A stretch of 64,000 bases of DNA, taken from Gemmatimonadaceae bacterium (GTDB lineage: Bacteria > Gemmatimonadota > Gemmatimonadetes > Gemmatimonadales > Gemmatimonadaceae). The first letter of the stretch is position 1, and every line of letters begins with the position of its first letter. Location of the stretch: positions 6,257 to 70,256 of the forward strand of contig JADGQV010000002.1 in the NCBI GenBank assembly GCA_017881465.1, read 5' to 3'. Under the pieces are notes generated by a model that saw only the letters and a program-made list of their open reading frames with translations, was not told where the DNA came from and did not search any database. The translations under genes and the position numbers were made by a program. This document shows, in pieces, positions 34,735-44,399 of this stretch.

Positions 34735-36174
34735 CTATTGAATGGGTTGGCCTGCAATGTCTCTGATCGCGATCGGGCCGAGGTTAACCGCTTTCAAGCC
34801 CTGTTCGATTGCCTTCCGGTCGCCGACGATTACGACGGCAAGAGAGCCGGGATTGATGTACTGCTGCGCAACCCTGGCCACATCGGCCTGGGTGACCCTT
34901 TCAATATTCTGCACGTAATTGTTGTAGTAGTCGAGCGGGAGTCCATACAGCGCCACCGGTACCAGCGCGGTTGCGATTTGCTGTGTTGTCTCGAAATTTG
35001 CCGGAAGCTGTAGCTGCAGATAGCGCTTGGCACGGGATAGTTCGTCGGGTGGAACCGACTGGCGGATTCCATTCAGCTCCTTCATGAACTCCAGAAGGGC
35101 GGAATCGGTTTTCGCCGAGACGATCTCCGCTGATGCAGTGAAGGGCCCCGCCGCACGTCGCATGTCGAAGCGGGAGCCGGCGCCATAAGTGTAGCCTCGC
35201 ACTTCGCGAAGGTTCTGGTTGAGTCTGCTGCTGAAGGATCCGCCCAGAATCGTGTTCATCACCGTCAGGGCGAAGTAATCCCTGGTCGAGCGCGGAACGC
35301 CTACGGATCCGATGCGAAAGGACGACTGGGCAGCACCCGGTTTGTCGATCAGATAGATCGTCGTGGTGCCCGACTTGGGCGGCTCACTGTAATTGGGCTG
35401 GGGAACATCTCCACGCTCCCAGTTGCCGAACAGCGCATTGATCTTCTGCTCGACCTGAGCTGGGTTCACATCGCCCACGACGATCAGGGTGGCATTGTTC
35501 GGCCTGAAGTTCGTCTGGTAATACGACTGTAGATCCGCGGTCATGAGCGACTTCACGGAACCTTCTGTGCCGATTAGTGGAAGACCATACGGATGTGCGC
35601 TGCCGTAGATGATCGCCGGAAACGCAATGTTCGCGATCGCTGGTCCCTGATCACGTAACTGGAGGAGCTCGGTCTGACGGTTTTTTCTTACCCGTTCAAA
35701 CTCATTTGCCGGAAACGACGGATGAAGAGCAACGTCCGCAAACAGAGCGAGTGCGCTGTCCAGCTGTGCCGTTGGCGTGTGGAGCGAGAGCGTGCTGGAT
35801 TCCCAACTGCTTGTCGGAGAGAGGTTGATACCGAGGAATGCGATCTGATCGGCAATGTCCAGGCTCTTACGGCTCGTTGTACCTTCGCGCAGCATGGACG
35901 AAGTCAGGTTCGCCACTCCCGTCTTGCCGGCCGGGTCGACTGTGCCACCACTCCCGACGAGAAGAACAAAATCCGCAAGAGGAAGCTCGTGCTGCTCGAC
36001 GATTATCAGCTTCAGACCGTTCGGCAGCTGCCTCGTGAGGATTGGGGGAAGCGATACCCGAGGCGGAGGGCCCAGCTCGGGTGGCTTGGTTCTGTCAAAC
36101 GTTCCTTGCGCGGAGGCGACCGACTGGACGGCGAGCAGGGCCAGCACGCTCAGCCTAGTTCCAATAACCTTCAT
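34735..36174 (-). CDS. M16-family peptidase, non-catalytic-type subunit, exported
   Basis: Signal peptide MKVIGTRLSVLALLAVQSVASAQG. M16 fold without HxxEH. ATGA overlap with the upstream M16 gene. Confidence 0.8.
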   Translation of the reverse strand: MKVIGTRLSVLALLAVQSVASAQGTFDRTKPPELGPPPRVSLPPILTRQLPNGLKLIIVEQHELPLADFVLLVGSGGTVDPAGKTGVANLTSSMLREGTTSRKSLDIADQIAFLGINLSPTSSWESSTLSLHTPTAQLDSALALFADVALHPSFPANEFERVRKNRQTELLQLRDQGPAIANIAFPAIIYGSAHPYGLPLIGTEGSVKSLMTADLQSYYQTNFRPNNATLIVVGDVNPAQVEQKINALFGNWERGDVPQPNYSEPPKSGTTTIYLIDKPGAAQSSFRIGSVGVPRSTRDYFALTVMNTILGGSFSSRLNQNLREVRGYTYGAGSRFDMRRAAGPFTASAEIVSAKTDSALLEFMKELNGIRQSVPPDELSRAKRYLQLQLPANFETTQQIATALVPVALYGLPLDYYNNYVQNIERVTQADVARVAQQYINPGSLAVVIVGDRKAIEQGLKAVNLGPIAIRDIAGQPIQ

Positions 36175-37550
36175 CGATCACCTCCGCTTGCGGTTAGCAT
36201 CATGTCCTTCTTCCCCTCTGGAACGACGGTAAGAACGATCTTTGGACGTCCGAGGTAGGTCTTCGCGACCCGCTGCACATCGGCTACGGTGACACGCTCG
36301 TAGCGCGCAGCATCCTGCTGCACGTAATCAGGATTGCCGACGAAGTAGTTGTATGAGTTGAGCACTTCGGCCTTACCGAGCACGCTTGCCAGCCGGTTGA
36401 GGAAGCTCGCTTTGTACAGGTTCTGGGCCCGCTGGAGCTCGCGCGGTGCCACGCCGGTGTTAATGACATTGGCGATCTCCGCCTGAACGATCCGATCGAT
36501 ATCCGCGACCTTCTGGCCGGGTTTCGGAGTGACATCGATCTGGAATTTCCCATCCAGGCGCGACCCATCCTGAAACGCGCTCACGTTCTGTGCGACCTGC
36601 AGGTCGTAGACGAGCTTCTTGTACAGGCGCGAGTTCTTGTCGTTGGCAATGATCTGGGCGAGGATGTCGAGGGCGGCATCATCCTTCGAGAATCCCCTTA
36701 CCGAGTGCCATGTATAGAAGAGGCGTGGCAGCTGAACCTTGTCCTCGAGAACGAGGAATGTGTCGCGTGGAATCACGACGGCGGGGACGGTGAGCCTCCT
36801 CTTCACTTCCGGGCCCCGGGGGATGTTCCCAAAGTACTGGGCCACGAGTTTCTTCACCGTCGCCGGATCGAAATCTCCGGCGATTGTCAGCGTTGCATTG
36901 TTCGGTGCATAATAGGTCTTGAAGAAGTTCTGCACGTCGGTCAGCGATGCGGCACTCAGGTCGGACATCGAGCCGATGACCGGCCATGAGTAGGGGTGAG
37001 TTTTCGGATACAGCGCGGCCAGGATGATTTCGTCCGCCCGTCCGTAAGGCACGTTGTCAACGCGCTGTCGCCGCTCGTTCTTCACTACGTCGCGCTGAAG
37101 GTTGACCTTGGGGAGATCCATGGTCGGCAGGAGAAATCCCATCCTGTCCGCATCGAGCCACAGCGCCAGTTGCAGCGCATTCGAGGGCAGGATCTCGTAG
37201 TAGTTGGTGCGGTCTTCCGTAGTCGACCCGTTATTGTTGGCACCAGCCGATTCGAGAAGCTGGTCGAACGCACCGACCGGAACGTGCTGCGAGCCCATGA
37301 ACATTATGTGCTCGAACAAGTGGGCAAATCCGGTACGGCCCACTTGCTCGTCGCCCGACCCGACGTGATACCACGTGTCAACCGCGATGATCGGGGTCGA
37401 GTGATCCTCGTGGAGAATGACCTCGAGACCGTTCGGGAGCTTGTACTTCTCGAACTGGATACGAGGGGTGGCTTGTGCATTGGCGCGCGGTCCCGCCAAG
37501 GTACCGAGGATTAAGTAGCACAATGCCACTAAAAGAGTTCTCTTCTTCAC
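36171..37550 (-). CDS. M16-family zinc peptidase (HxxEH), exported
   Basis: Signal peptide MKKRTLLVALCYLILGTLAGPRANAQ. GRTGFAHLFEHIMFMGS and RDVVKNERR. Confidence 0.88.
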   Translation of the reverse strand: MKKRTLLVALCYLILGTLAGPRANAQATPRIQFEKYKLPNGLEVILHEDHSTPIIAVDTWYHVGSGDEQVGRTGFAHLFEHIMFMGSQHVPVGAFDQLLESAGANNNGSTTEDRTNYYEILPSNALQLALWLDADRMGFLLPTMDLPKVNLQRDVVKNERRQRVDNVPYGRADEIILAALYPKTHPYSWPVIGSMSDLSAASLTDVQNFFKTYYAPNNATLTIAGDFDPATVKKLVAQYFGNIPRGPEVKRRLTVPAVVIPRDTFLVLEDKVQLPRLFYTWHSVRGFSKDDAALDILAQIIANDKNSRLYKKLVYDLQVAQNVSAFQDGSRLDGKFQIDVTPKPGQKVADIDRIVQAEIANVINTGVAPRELQRAQNLYKASFLNRLASVLGKAEVLNSYNYFVGNPDYVQQDAARYERVTVADVQRVAKTYLGRPKIVLTVVPEGKKDMMLTASGGDR

Positions 37551-38170
37551 AACTTCCTCTCGAAAAAGAAGGCGAGCGGTGCTTTGAGTGATTCGCTAAA
37601 AATATACTTCCAGCGCTCTTCCCGGTTCGGCGAAATCGGGCTGGTTTGCGTCGGAGATGTGTAGGGTATAAAGCCGAAACGCCTCGCCAGTATTCGCAGG
37701 CGCAACATGTGAAAGGGATCACTAACGAGAAGAGCTGTTTGAAGCCCGCGTACTTCGAGCATTCCCGCGACTGCGCGCATTGACTCACTGGTCGTCCGGC
37801 CTTCGTTCTCCACCAGAATCGCGCTGTCCGGAACGCCGTGTTTCCGGGCATAGTTTCTTCCCACGGCCGCCTCACTGGTAGTGTCGCCTGCTCCCGTTCC
37901 GCCAGTAAGTATCAGAAGCGACGCCAGATGGCGGTTCCAGAGATCGAGTGCGTGATCGAGCCGAGCGCGAAGAACGGGCGATGGCTTACCCGCATACTGC
38001 GCAGCACCCAGTACGACTATCGCATGCGCGGGCCGTGCCTCATCGCGTGAGCTCCAAATGAGAACGGCAGTGGCGGAAGCGATCCAGAGCGCGAATGCCG
38101 CTACAACCGCGACCGTCAGGATTCGCTGAACGATCCTTACGGCATGTTTTGCTCTCGCAGCACGCTTCAT
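37547..38170 (-). CDS. YdcF/ElyC (DUF218) family protein
   Basis: N-terminal TM segment. AIVVLGAAQY..PSPVLRARLDHALDLW..LILTGG is typical of DUF218. Confidence 0.78.
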   Translation of the reverse strand: MKRAARAKHAVRIVQRILTVAVVAAFALWIASATAVLIWSSRDEARPAHAIVVLGAAQYAGKPSPVLRARLDHALDLWNRHLASLLILTGGTGAGDTTSEAAVGRNYARKHGVPDSAILVENEGRTTSESMRAVAGMLEVRGLQTALLVSDPFHMLRLRILARRFGFIPYTSPTQTSPISPNREERWKYIFSESLKAPLAFFFERKL

Positions 38171-38184
38171 TCGTAGAAGCTACG

Positions 38185-39567
38185 CTAGAAAGCATATGTC
38201 GTGTGAGGCTCCGGGCATTCGACGGAATACCCCTTCGCTACCAGAGCAGCCTTGAATTCGTCCTGCACCGGAGCTTCTCCGTGTACCAACCATATCGGCC
38301 CCAGTTTCGGTGATTTGTCCCTCACGAACCCTAGCCAAGTCGTTAGCTCAGTTCGGTCGGCATGCGCGCTGTACCCGTCGATGACCTCGACGCGCGCATG
38401 GAGGGCGACATCCTCGCCAAAGATCCGGAGAACCGGTTGTCTCTCCACAACTCTTCGACCGAGCGTATGCTCGGCCTGAAACCCAACGACGAGAATAGTG
38501 TTCCTCGGATCGCTTGCCCCTTGCGCCAGGTGGTGAAGAATTCGCCCGTTCTCCATCATCCCCGACGCGGCAATTATCACCATCGGACCGTGAGACCGCG
38601 ATATGGCCTTTGACTCCTCCACATCACGCGTATAGTGGAGAAGGTCGAAGCGGAAAAGCTCCTTCGCCATCCGTACCATTTCTTCGGTTCGGTCGAAGCT
38701 TTCCGGGTGCATCTCGAACACGGTCGTCGCATCAATCGCCATGGGACTGTCGACATAGATTGGAATCGCCGGGATTGCGCCTTCCCTGACGAGACCATGA
38801 AGCACGTAGATCATCTCCTGCGTTCGACCAACCGCAAACGCGGGGATGAGAACTCGCCCTCCCCGTGCGGCAGTCTCGCGAACCACCTGGGCCAGCTGCG
38901 CTCGGGCGCCTTCTACGGATTCGTGGTCCCTGTTTCCATACGTCGATTCCATGATCAGCGCGTTAGCACCCTCAGGCGGAATTGGGTCCCTGACTATAGC
39001 GAGACCGCTTCTGCCAATGTCTCCAGAAAAGACGAGCCGCTTTGTTTTCCCTCCCTCCGTGCAATCGACCAGGACGGACGCCGCACCAAGAATATGACCG
39101 GCGTCGACGTAGCTGGCACGCACCCCGGGAACGACGTCGAAAGGCCTGTTGTAGGGAACGCCGACCATCAGGTCCATCGTGCGTACCGCGTGCCGCATTC
39201 CATAGAGCGGCTCGATGAAGTCCTTTTTCCTCTTGGCCAGAAACTCGGCGTCTTTCTCCTGGATATGGGCCGAGTCGGCAAGCATTATCGCGCACAGGTC
39301 CCGTGTTGCCGACGTTGCCCAGATTGTCTTGGAGTAGCCCTCCGCAATCAGATATGGAAGGCGCCCTGAGTGGTCGATGTGTGCGTGCGAGAGAACAACG
39401 GCGTCGAGATCCTTGATTGGGAGCGGAAGCTTGCGGTTCTTCTCGGCTGACTCATGCCGCCTTCCCTGAAACATCCCGCAGTCGAGGGCTATGGTATAGC
39501 CGTTGACGCGAAGGAGATGGCAGGAGCCAGTGACTTCGCGCGCTGCACCGACGAACGTTATCTCCAA
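38185..39567 (-). CDS. MBL-fold beta-CASP family RNA-metabolising hydrolase
   Basis: LDCGMFQG, HAHIDHSG and the C-terminal beta-CASP/RMMBL region with SAHAD. TTG start. Confidence 0.85.
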   Translation of the reverse strand: MEITFVGAAREVTGSCHLLRVNGYTIALDCGMFQGRRHESAEKNRKLPLPIKDLDAVVLSHAHIDHSGRLPYLIAEGYSKTIWATSATRDLCAIMLADSAHIQEKDAEFLAKRKKDFIEPLYGMRHAVRTMDLMVGVPYNRPFDVVPGVRASYVDAGHILGAASVLVDCTEGGKTKRLVFSGDIGRSGLAIVRDPIPPEGANALIMESTYGNRDHESVEGARAQLAQVVRETAARGGRVLIPAFAVGRTQEMIYVLHGLVREGAIPAIPIYVDSPMAIDATTVFEMHPESFDRTEEMVRMAKELFRFDLLHYTRDVEESKAISRSHGPMVIIAASGMMENGRILHHLAQGASDPRNTILVVGFQAEHTLGRRVVERQPVLRIFGEDVALHARVEVIDGYSAHADRTELTTWLGFVRDKSPKLGPIWLVHGEAPVQDEFKAALVAKGYSVECPEPHTTYAF

Positions 39568-39571
39568 ACAG

Positions 39572-39748
39572 TTATCCTTCTGCTACTGCATCGCGCTGAA
39601 ACAGGATCGTGAGCCGTTGCTCGTCCTGCGACATCAGCGCTGGCTCCCACCCTCCCCTGCTTCTCTCGTTCAGAAGATCGGTGAGGGTATCTTCGTCCTC
39701 GCGCGTATGCCGCGTCAGCTTGACCACGACAGCCTGGTATTCTTTCAT
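39572..39748 (-). CDS. DUF4177-like small protein (58 aa, below the ORF-track cutoff)
   Basis: Hand translation gives MKEYQAVVVKLTRHTREDEDTLTDLLNERSRGGWEPALMSQDEQRLTILFQRDAVAEG. The stop lies 4 nt before the beta-CASP gene start. The GGWE..ILFQR pattern resembles DUF4177. Confidence 0.5.
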   Translation of the reverse strand: MKEYQAVVVKLTRHTREDEDTLTDLLNERSRGGWEPALMSQDEQRLTILFQRDAVAEG

Positions 39749-39812
39749 CAGGGATTAGAGATTATGAGCCGGTGAGTGTCACAGTGCTAATGCCGGAATC
39801 CTGGGGCTAGAA

Positions 39813-40463
39813 ATGATCGAGCGTATCAAGGAATTCCCCTCTCTGACTATTATCCGGCATCCCCTCGTTCAGCACAAGCTGACAATCCTGCGGGACCAGC
39901 AGACGGAGACCAAAACATTCAAGGAGCTCGTCGATGAGATTGCGATGCTCATGGCGTACGAGGCCACCAGTGAACTGAGTCTCGAGCCAAAAGAAGTAAA
40001 CACTCCGCTCGAGAAAACCTCGGGGTGGCACATCAGCGGCAAGAAGCTGACGCTCGTCCCGATTCTGCGCGCCGGGCTCGGAATGGTAGAGGGAATTCTC
40101 CGCCTAGTGCCCTCGGCACGCGTGGGCCACATCGGACTCTACCGGGACCACCGCACCTTGCAGCCAGTCGACTACTATTTCAAGGTACCTGGGGACACGG
40201 CCGAACGAGATTTCTTCCTCCTCGACCCGATGCTCGCCACCGGAGGAAGCGCTGCTGCCGCTGTCGCCTCGTTGAAGAGAGCAGGCGCAAACCGCATTCG
40301 TTTTCTTTGTTTAGTTGCCGCTCCCGAGGGAGTCCGGTTTCTCAGCCAGGCGCATCCAGACGTCCAGATCTATTGCGCGGCGCTTGACCGGGAACTCAAC
40401 AAGCAGGGTTATATCCTGCCGGGCCTTGGAGATGCCGGAGACAGACTGTTCGGCACCCGTTGA
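39813..40463 (+). CDS. upp: Uracil phosphoribosyltransferase
   Basis: [21 protein letters not shown], and the PRPP motif [12 protein letters not shown]. Confidence 0.92.
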   Translation: MIERIKEFPSLTIIRHPLVQHKLTILRDQQTETKTFKELVDEIAMLMAYEATSELSLEPKEVNTPLEKTSGWHISGKKLTLVPILRAGLGMVEGILRLVPSARVGHIGLYRDHRTLQPVDYYFKVPGDTAERDFFLLDPMLATGGSAAAAVASLKRAGANRIRFLCLVAAPEGVRFLSQAHPDVQIYCAALDRELNKQGYILPGLGDAGDRLFGTR

Positions 40464-40466
40464 GCG

Positions 40467-41117
40467 CTAGCCGAACCATTCCCTGGGATTCAGCTTCTGC
40501 TGGTCAGCGGCGTCGATGACCCAGTGCTGGCTCTGTGGATCTGTCACCTCACTGGCTACCAGCTCGAACCAGATTGTCGCCTTCTTGATATCCCCAATTC
40601 GTCTCCAGAGCTCGCCGACCAGGTAGGTGAGGATTGCCCGCTCTTCCCTCGGAACGGCATCGTAAGCCTGGAGTGATTTCTCGAACATCCATGCGGCCTG
40701 GCGCCGGAAGTAGCGCTCCGCTTCCGCATCTCCCTCGTCGACACAGCACCAGGCGGCACGAAGAAGAAGATCCGCAATGTGACGAGGGTCAAGCCCTTGC
40801 CACTGAGCAACCTTGGCGGCGGCTTCATACTTCTCCGAGCCACAAACCAGTGACGGTCGAAGCGGAGCGAGCTCTTTGAGAACGTGCTGTTTCAGCACCG
40901 GGCTCACATCCGTCGCAGGTGTAAAGTCGGCCTCTCCACCTGAGTAGCCGCATTCGCTGCACATGTGGATGAGATAGGCAAGAGGCTGTGTGCCGGCGGC
41001 CCGTTCGTGGAAATCGGTCCTTTTGCCACCGAACGCATTCGTCGAGACTACACTCTGGGACTTGAACTCATTGTCACACACGGGACAACTAAGCTCGATC
41101 TGACGCAGCGTTGTCAT
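40467..41117 (-). CDS. DUF2225-like zinc-ribbon / TPR-like protein
   Basis: CPVCDNEF...CSECGYSG paired CxxC motifs followed by a helical repeat region. Confidence 0.6.
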   Translation of the reverse strand: MTTLRQIELSCPVCDNEFKSQSVVSTNAFGGKRTDFHERAAGTQPLAYLIHMCSECGYSGGEADFTPATDVSPVLKQHVLKELAPLRPSLVCGSEKYEAAAKVAQWQGLDPRHIADLLLRAAWCCVDEGDAEAERYFRRQAAWMFEKSLQAYDAVPREERAILTYLVGELWRRIGDIKKATIWFELVASEVTDPQSQHWVIDAADQQKLNPREWFG

Positions 41118-41290
41118 GGCTACTCCTCCTAATCAGCGCTTCGAAGCTCTCAGAAATACAAAGGGAATATCTGTGCCACGGTTTTTTTATCGAGGCGGAA
41201 GAGATCGGCCTTGTTGAGAGTTTGAGTGGATTGTATCTTCTCGCATCGCAAAAACCGCGACTGGCTCACCACCCCGCGACCTGGTCGTTG

Positions 41291-42229
41291 ATGCTCATCA
41301 ACCTACTGCCTGACTTCTTCGCAGTTCACAATAGTACAGATCGTGTCGCCGCCTATCTCCGCTATTTCGAAAATCACCGCCGCTTCCTAGAAGCCTACTG
41401 GCACAACTACGTGCTGGATCCGGCAGGGCCGCATTTTCTGGAAGTCGCTCGCTCTGCCGCACTTGCGAGCCGTGTAGACCTTCGCACAATGCTCGAAAGA
41501 ATCGACGTCGTCTCCTTGGCTAGAAATACGGAAGAGCAATGCCGGACCCTCTTCGACGTCGACACGGACATTGACGTTGTGCTCATGGTTGGCGTCGGTG
41601 CAGCGAATGCCGGCGAGCTCGTAGTCGAGGGAAAGGGAGTCGCGTTCGTTTGCCTCGAGCATTTCACCAGCGTGACGAACCCGGAGACCCAGGGCCTGGG
41701 ACTCGACCCGGAATTGATCCCACTGTGGCTCACCCATGAGATCGCGCACACAGTCCGCTATACCTCGCCTACCAGCCGGAGCGAGATGAAACAGCTGATC
41801 GACGATGCGGGCGGCTATTACTCGTATTGGGAAACCGGCAGACGCGCTTCGCTCCGCGAGCTCATGATCAACGAAGGCCTGGCCACGATCGCGTCGAGGG
41901 CAATCAGCCCAGGGCATGCTGCCTGGGAGTACTACGGCTACACGAGACGCGAGTACGCTAGCGTCCGTGAGCTCGAGCCCTTGATGACGAGAGCGCTCAA
42001 TAACGATCTTGACCGTGCTGGCCTGGGACTACGCCTTAGGTATCTCTCCGGCGGAATGAGCGATGACGCCCGAACTGTCGAACGTCACGTCTTCCCCGAG
42101 CGAAGTGGCTACTTCCTCGGCACGAAGATGGTCGAGGCGGCTGTCAACTCACGCGGGCTTTCATGGGCGATTCGCGCTAGTGCCGGCGAGATTACGTCGC
42201 TTGCTAGCTCTACTGCTGCTTCGGCTTAG
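41291..42229 (+). CDS. Predicted zinc-dependent protease (DUF2268-like, HExxH)
   Basis: LTHEIAH motif and family-like length. I prefer the start at ATG 41291, because the 41111 start would overlap the divergent neighbour. Confidence 0.55.
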   Translation: MLINLLPDFFAVHNSTDRVAAYLRYFENHRRFLEAYWHNYVLDPAGPHFLEVARSAALASRVDLRTMLERIDVVSLARNTEEQCRTLFDVDTDIDVVLMVGVGAANAGELVVEGKGVAFVCLEHFTSVTNPETQGLGLDPELIPLWLTHEIAHTVRYTSPTSRSEMKQLIDDAGGYYSYWETGRRASLRELMINEGLATIASRAISPGHAAWEYYGYTRREYASVRELEPLMTRALNNDLDRAGLGLRLRYLSGGMSDDARTVERHVFPERSGYFLGTKMVEAAVNSRGLSWAIRASAGEITSLASSTAASA

Positions 42230-42231
42230 AA

Positions 42232-43605
42232 CTATTTTCCAACACAAAAAGAGCTGAACACCCGGTCGAGCACATCCTCGACTTCCACGGCTCCTATCAG
42301 TTCTTCGAGCGCATGGACTGCTGTGCGGAGATGGACGGCAGCGATCGTCGCCGGAAGTTTCTCTTCCCGCCAGGCGTCTGTGAATTGTTCGAGCTCTGAG
42401 CGGGCAGTACTAATCGCTTTCCGATGACGGGCTCTGGTCAGTATGGGCAGATCGGGAACGATCTCCCCATGCTTCGTATCCAGCGCCTCGTCGATCGCGA
42501 CTAGAAGCTCCTGAAGACCTGTTCCTGTCTCGGCGCTGACCGGAATCACAATCCGGGAAGGCATATTTTCATAACGTTTTGATACTAAATCGCTCTTGGT
42601 GCGAACCGCCAGAATCGGCGCCGTCGAGCTACTACTCACGAAACTGACTGTCTCCTCGAGGCTCCTCGAATCCTCCGCGCATGCGAGCACTACATGCGCA
42701 CTCCCCAGATAGCGCTCGCTCACTTCGATGCCAAGGCGTTCAATTCGGTCTTCGGTTTCCCGAAGCCCCGCGGTATCCACGAGACGCAGGGGCCACTTGC
42801 CACTATCGATCACAGCCTCGAGAGCATCTCGCGTGGTGCCAGGTATTTCCGTCACAATCGCGCGGGATCTACCCAAAAGTGCGTTGAAGAGCGAGGATTT
42901 CCCGACGTTGGGCGGGCCCGCGATTACGACGATCGCGCCATCGCGGATGACCTCACCAACCGGCGCGGTAGAGAGGAGCGCTTCGAGAGAGCTCGCAATT
43001 CCTTCCGCGGCCTGATCAATCCTTTTTCGCGGAATTGGTCCATCGTCTTCTTCCGGGAAATCCACATCGTAGGCAATCAGTGCCTCGAGCCCGATGAGAT
43101 CATTCCTCAGGCTGAGGAGACGACGCGACAGCCCTCCATCCAGCTGGCCGAGAGCCGTACGCTGCATGGTGGGAGAGCTCGCATCGATCAGATCTCCAAT
43201 CGCTTCAGCCTGAAGGATGTCGAGCTTGCCGTTGAGTACGGCTCGACGCGTGAACTCCCCGGGCGTTGCTTGTCGCGCCCCCGACGAAATCAGAGCCGCG
43301 ACGATCGTGCTCGGCACAAGGTGGCCTCCATGCGTGGAGAATTCGACTGTGTCGTCGCCGGTGAACGAATGGGGGCTCGGAAACAGCGTAACTAGCGCTT
43401 GATCGAGTCTCTGCTCGCCATCAAATACATCACACAGTTGGCTTACCCGCGCCTCCGGCGCCGAGCATCGCAGATGCTTCGCGGCAATCGAAAAAGCATC
43501 CAGACCACTGAGCCTGACAAGAGCGACTGCACCACGCCCCGGGGCGCTCGCGACAGAGACGATCGTGTCCTCCAGCTGCACGACATTTGTGCCAGTCGAT
43601 ATCAC
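42232..43605 (-). CDS. mnmE: tRNA modification GTPase MnmE
   Basis: DTIVSVASAPGRGAVALVRLSG N-terminus, G-domain GPPNVGKSSLFNAL..DTAGLR, and the C-terminal FCVGK. GTG 43605 gives 457 aa and a GTGA overlap with the upstream gene. Confidence 0.92.
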   Translation of the reverse strand: MISTGTNVVQLEDTIVSVASAPGRGAVALVRLSGLDAFSIAAKHLRCSAPEARVSQLCDVFDGEQRLDQALVTLFPSPHSFTGDDTVEFSTHGGHLVPSTIVAALISSGARQATPGEFTRRAVLNGKLDILQAEAIGDLIDASSPTMQRTALGQLDGGLSRRLLSLRNDLIGLEALIAYDVDFPEEDDGPIPRKRIDQAAEGIASSLEALLSTAPVGEVIRDGAIVVIAGPPNVGKSSLFNALLGRSRAIVTEIPGTTRDALEAVIDSGKWPLRLVDTAGLRETEDRIERLGIEVSERYLGSAHVVLACAEDSRSLEETVSFVSSSSTAPILAVRTKSDLVSKRYENMPSRIVIPVSAETGTGLQELLVAIDEALDTKHGEIVPDLPILTRARHRKAISTARSELEQFTDAWREEKLPATIAAVHLRTAVHALEELIGAVEVEDVLDRVFSSFCVGK

Positions 43606-44390
43606 GGGCTCATCGTCGGAAGAACAAAAGTGGTGCCCGGTTCCAGAATTTTGACGGCCTGATAAAGGGGATGGTCCTGAAGCGTTGCTCTCAGTCTGTC
43701 GATCGCATCGAAAGCAGTCGACGTAACGTGATTGAACGTTCCCCAGTGATATGGGATGAAATACCGGGCGTTCAGCCTCTCGAAGAGAGTGAGCGCGTCG
43801 CTGCTCGTCAGATGTCCTTTGCGAAATCCCGGCTTCCACCACGGAGCGTGCCCGATCGGCAGAAGGGCGAGATCCAAGTTGCGCCCGCTGGCGACCAAAT
43901 GGTTCTCGACGAGGTGTGTCGTGTCGAAGTTGAGGGCTGTGTCACCGGCAAAGAAACACGATACCCTGTTCGTATCAATGAGATACATATTAGTTGCGCT
44001 TCTCCAGCGATCCACGCCGTAACGGTTTCCTTTGTGCGTCGCTGAAGCTGCTCTGATGTTCACGCCACCGAGCTCGATTCCTTCGCCTGGAGCAACGGCA
44101 ACCGCATGGCTGTAGCCCTGCTTCCCAAGCCATTTGGCAATCACCGGCGGAGCAAACAGTGGGATATCTTCCGGAAGCGCATCGAGGGAGGCGAAAGACA
44201 GGTGGTCGGCGTGTGCGTGCGTCAGTAGGATCGCATCGAGTTTCGGAAGCGCTTCGAGAGCGATGCCGGGGGCGCTGACGCGAGAGAGGAATTTCCCCAG
44301 CGTTGGATCGAAATTGGGGTCCGTGAGGATCCGTTTTCCGCCGATTTCAATTAGTAGCGTTGCGTGACCAATATACGTGACACGCAGCAT
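43602..44390 (-). CDS. MBL-fold metallo-hydrolase (UPF0173/NAPE-PLD-like)
   Basis: TYIGHATLLIEIGGKRILTDPNFD and LLTHAHADH. Confidence 0.8.
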   Translation of the reverse strand: MLRVTYIGHATLLIEIGGKRILTDPNFDPTLGKFLSRVSAPGIALEALPKLDAILLTHAHADHLSFASLDALPEDIPLFAPPVIAKWLGKQGYSHAVAVAPGEGIELGGVNIRAASATHKGNRYGVDRWRSATNMYLIDTNRVSCFFAGDTALNFDTTHLVENHLVASGRNLDLALLPIGHAPWWKPGFRKGHLTSSDALTLFERLNARYFIPYHWGTFNHVTSTAFDAIDRLRATLQDHPLYQAVKILEPGTTFVLPTMSP

Positions 44391-44399
44391 GGCTCCCCC

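Noticed and set aside
43606-43842. N-terminal extension of the mnmE ORF back to ATG 43842 (536 aa).
   Set aside because: The extension overlaps the upstream MBL gene in another frame. GTG 43605 gives a canonical 457-aa MnmE that begins just before the conserved DTIVSVASAPGRG segment.
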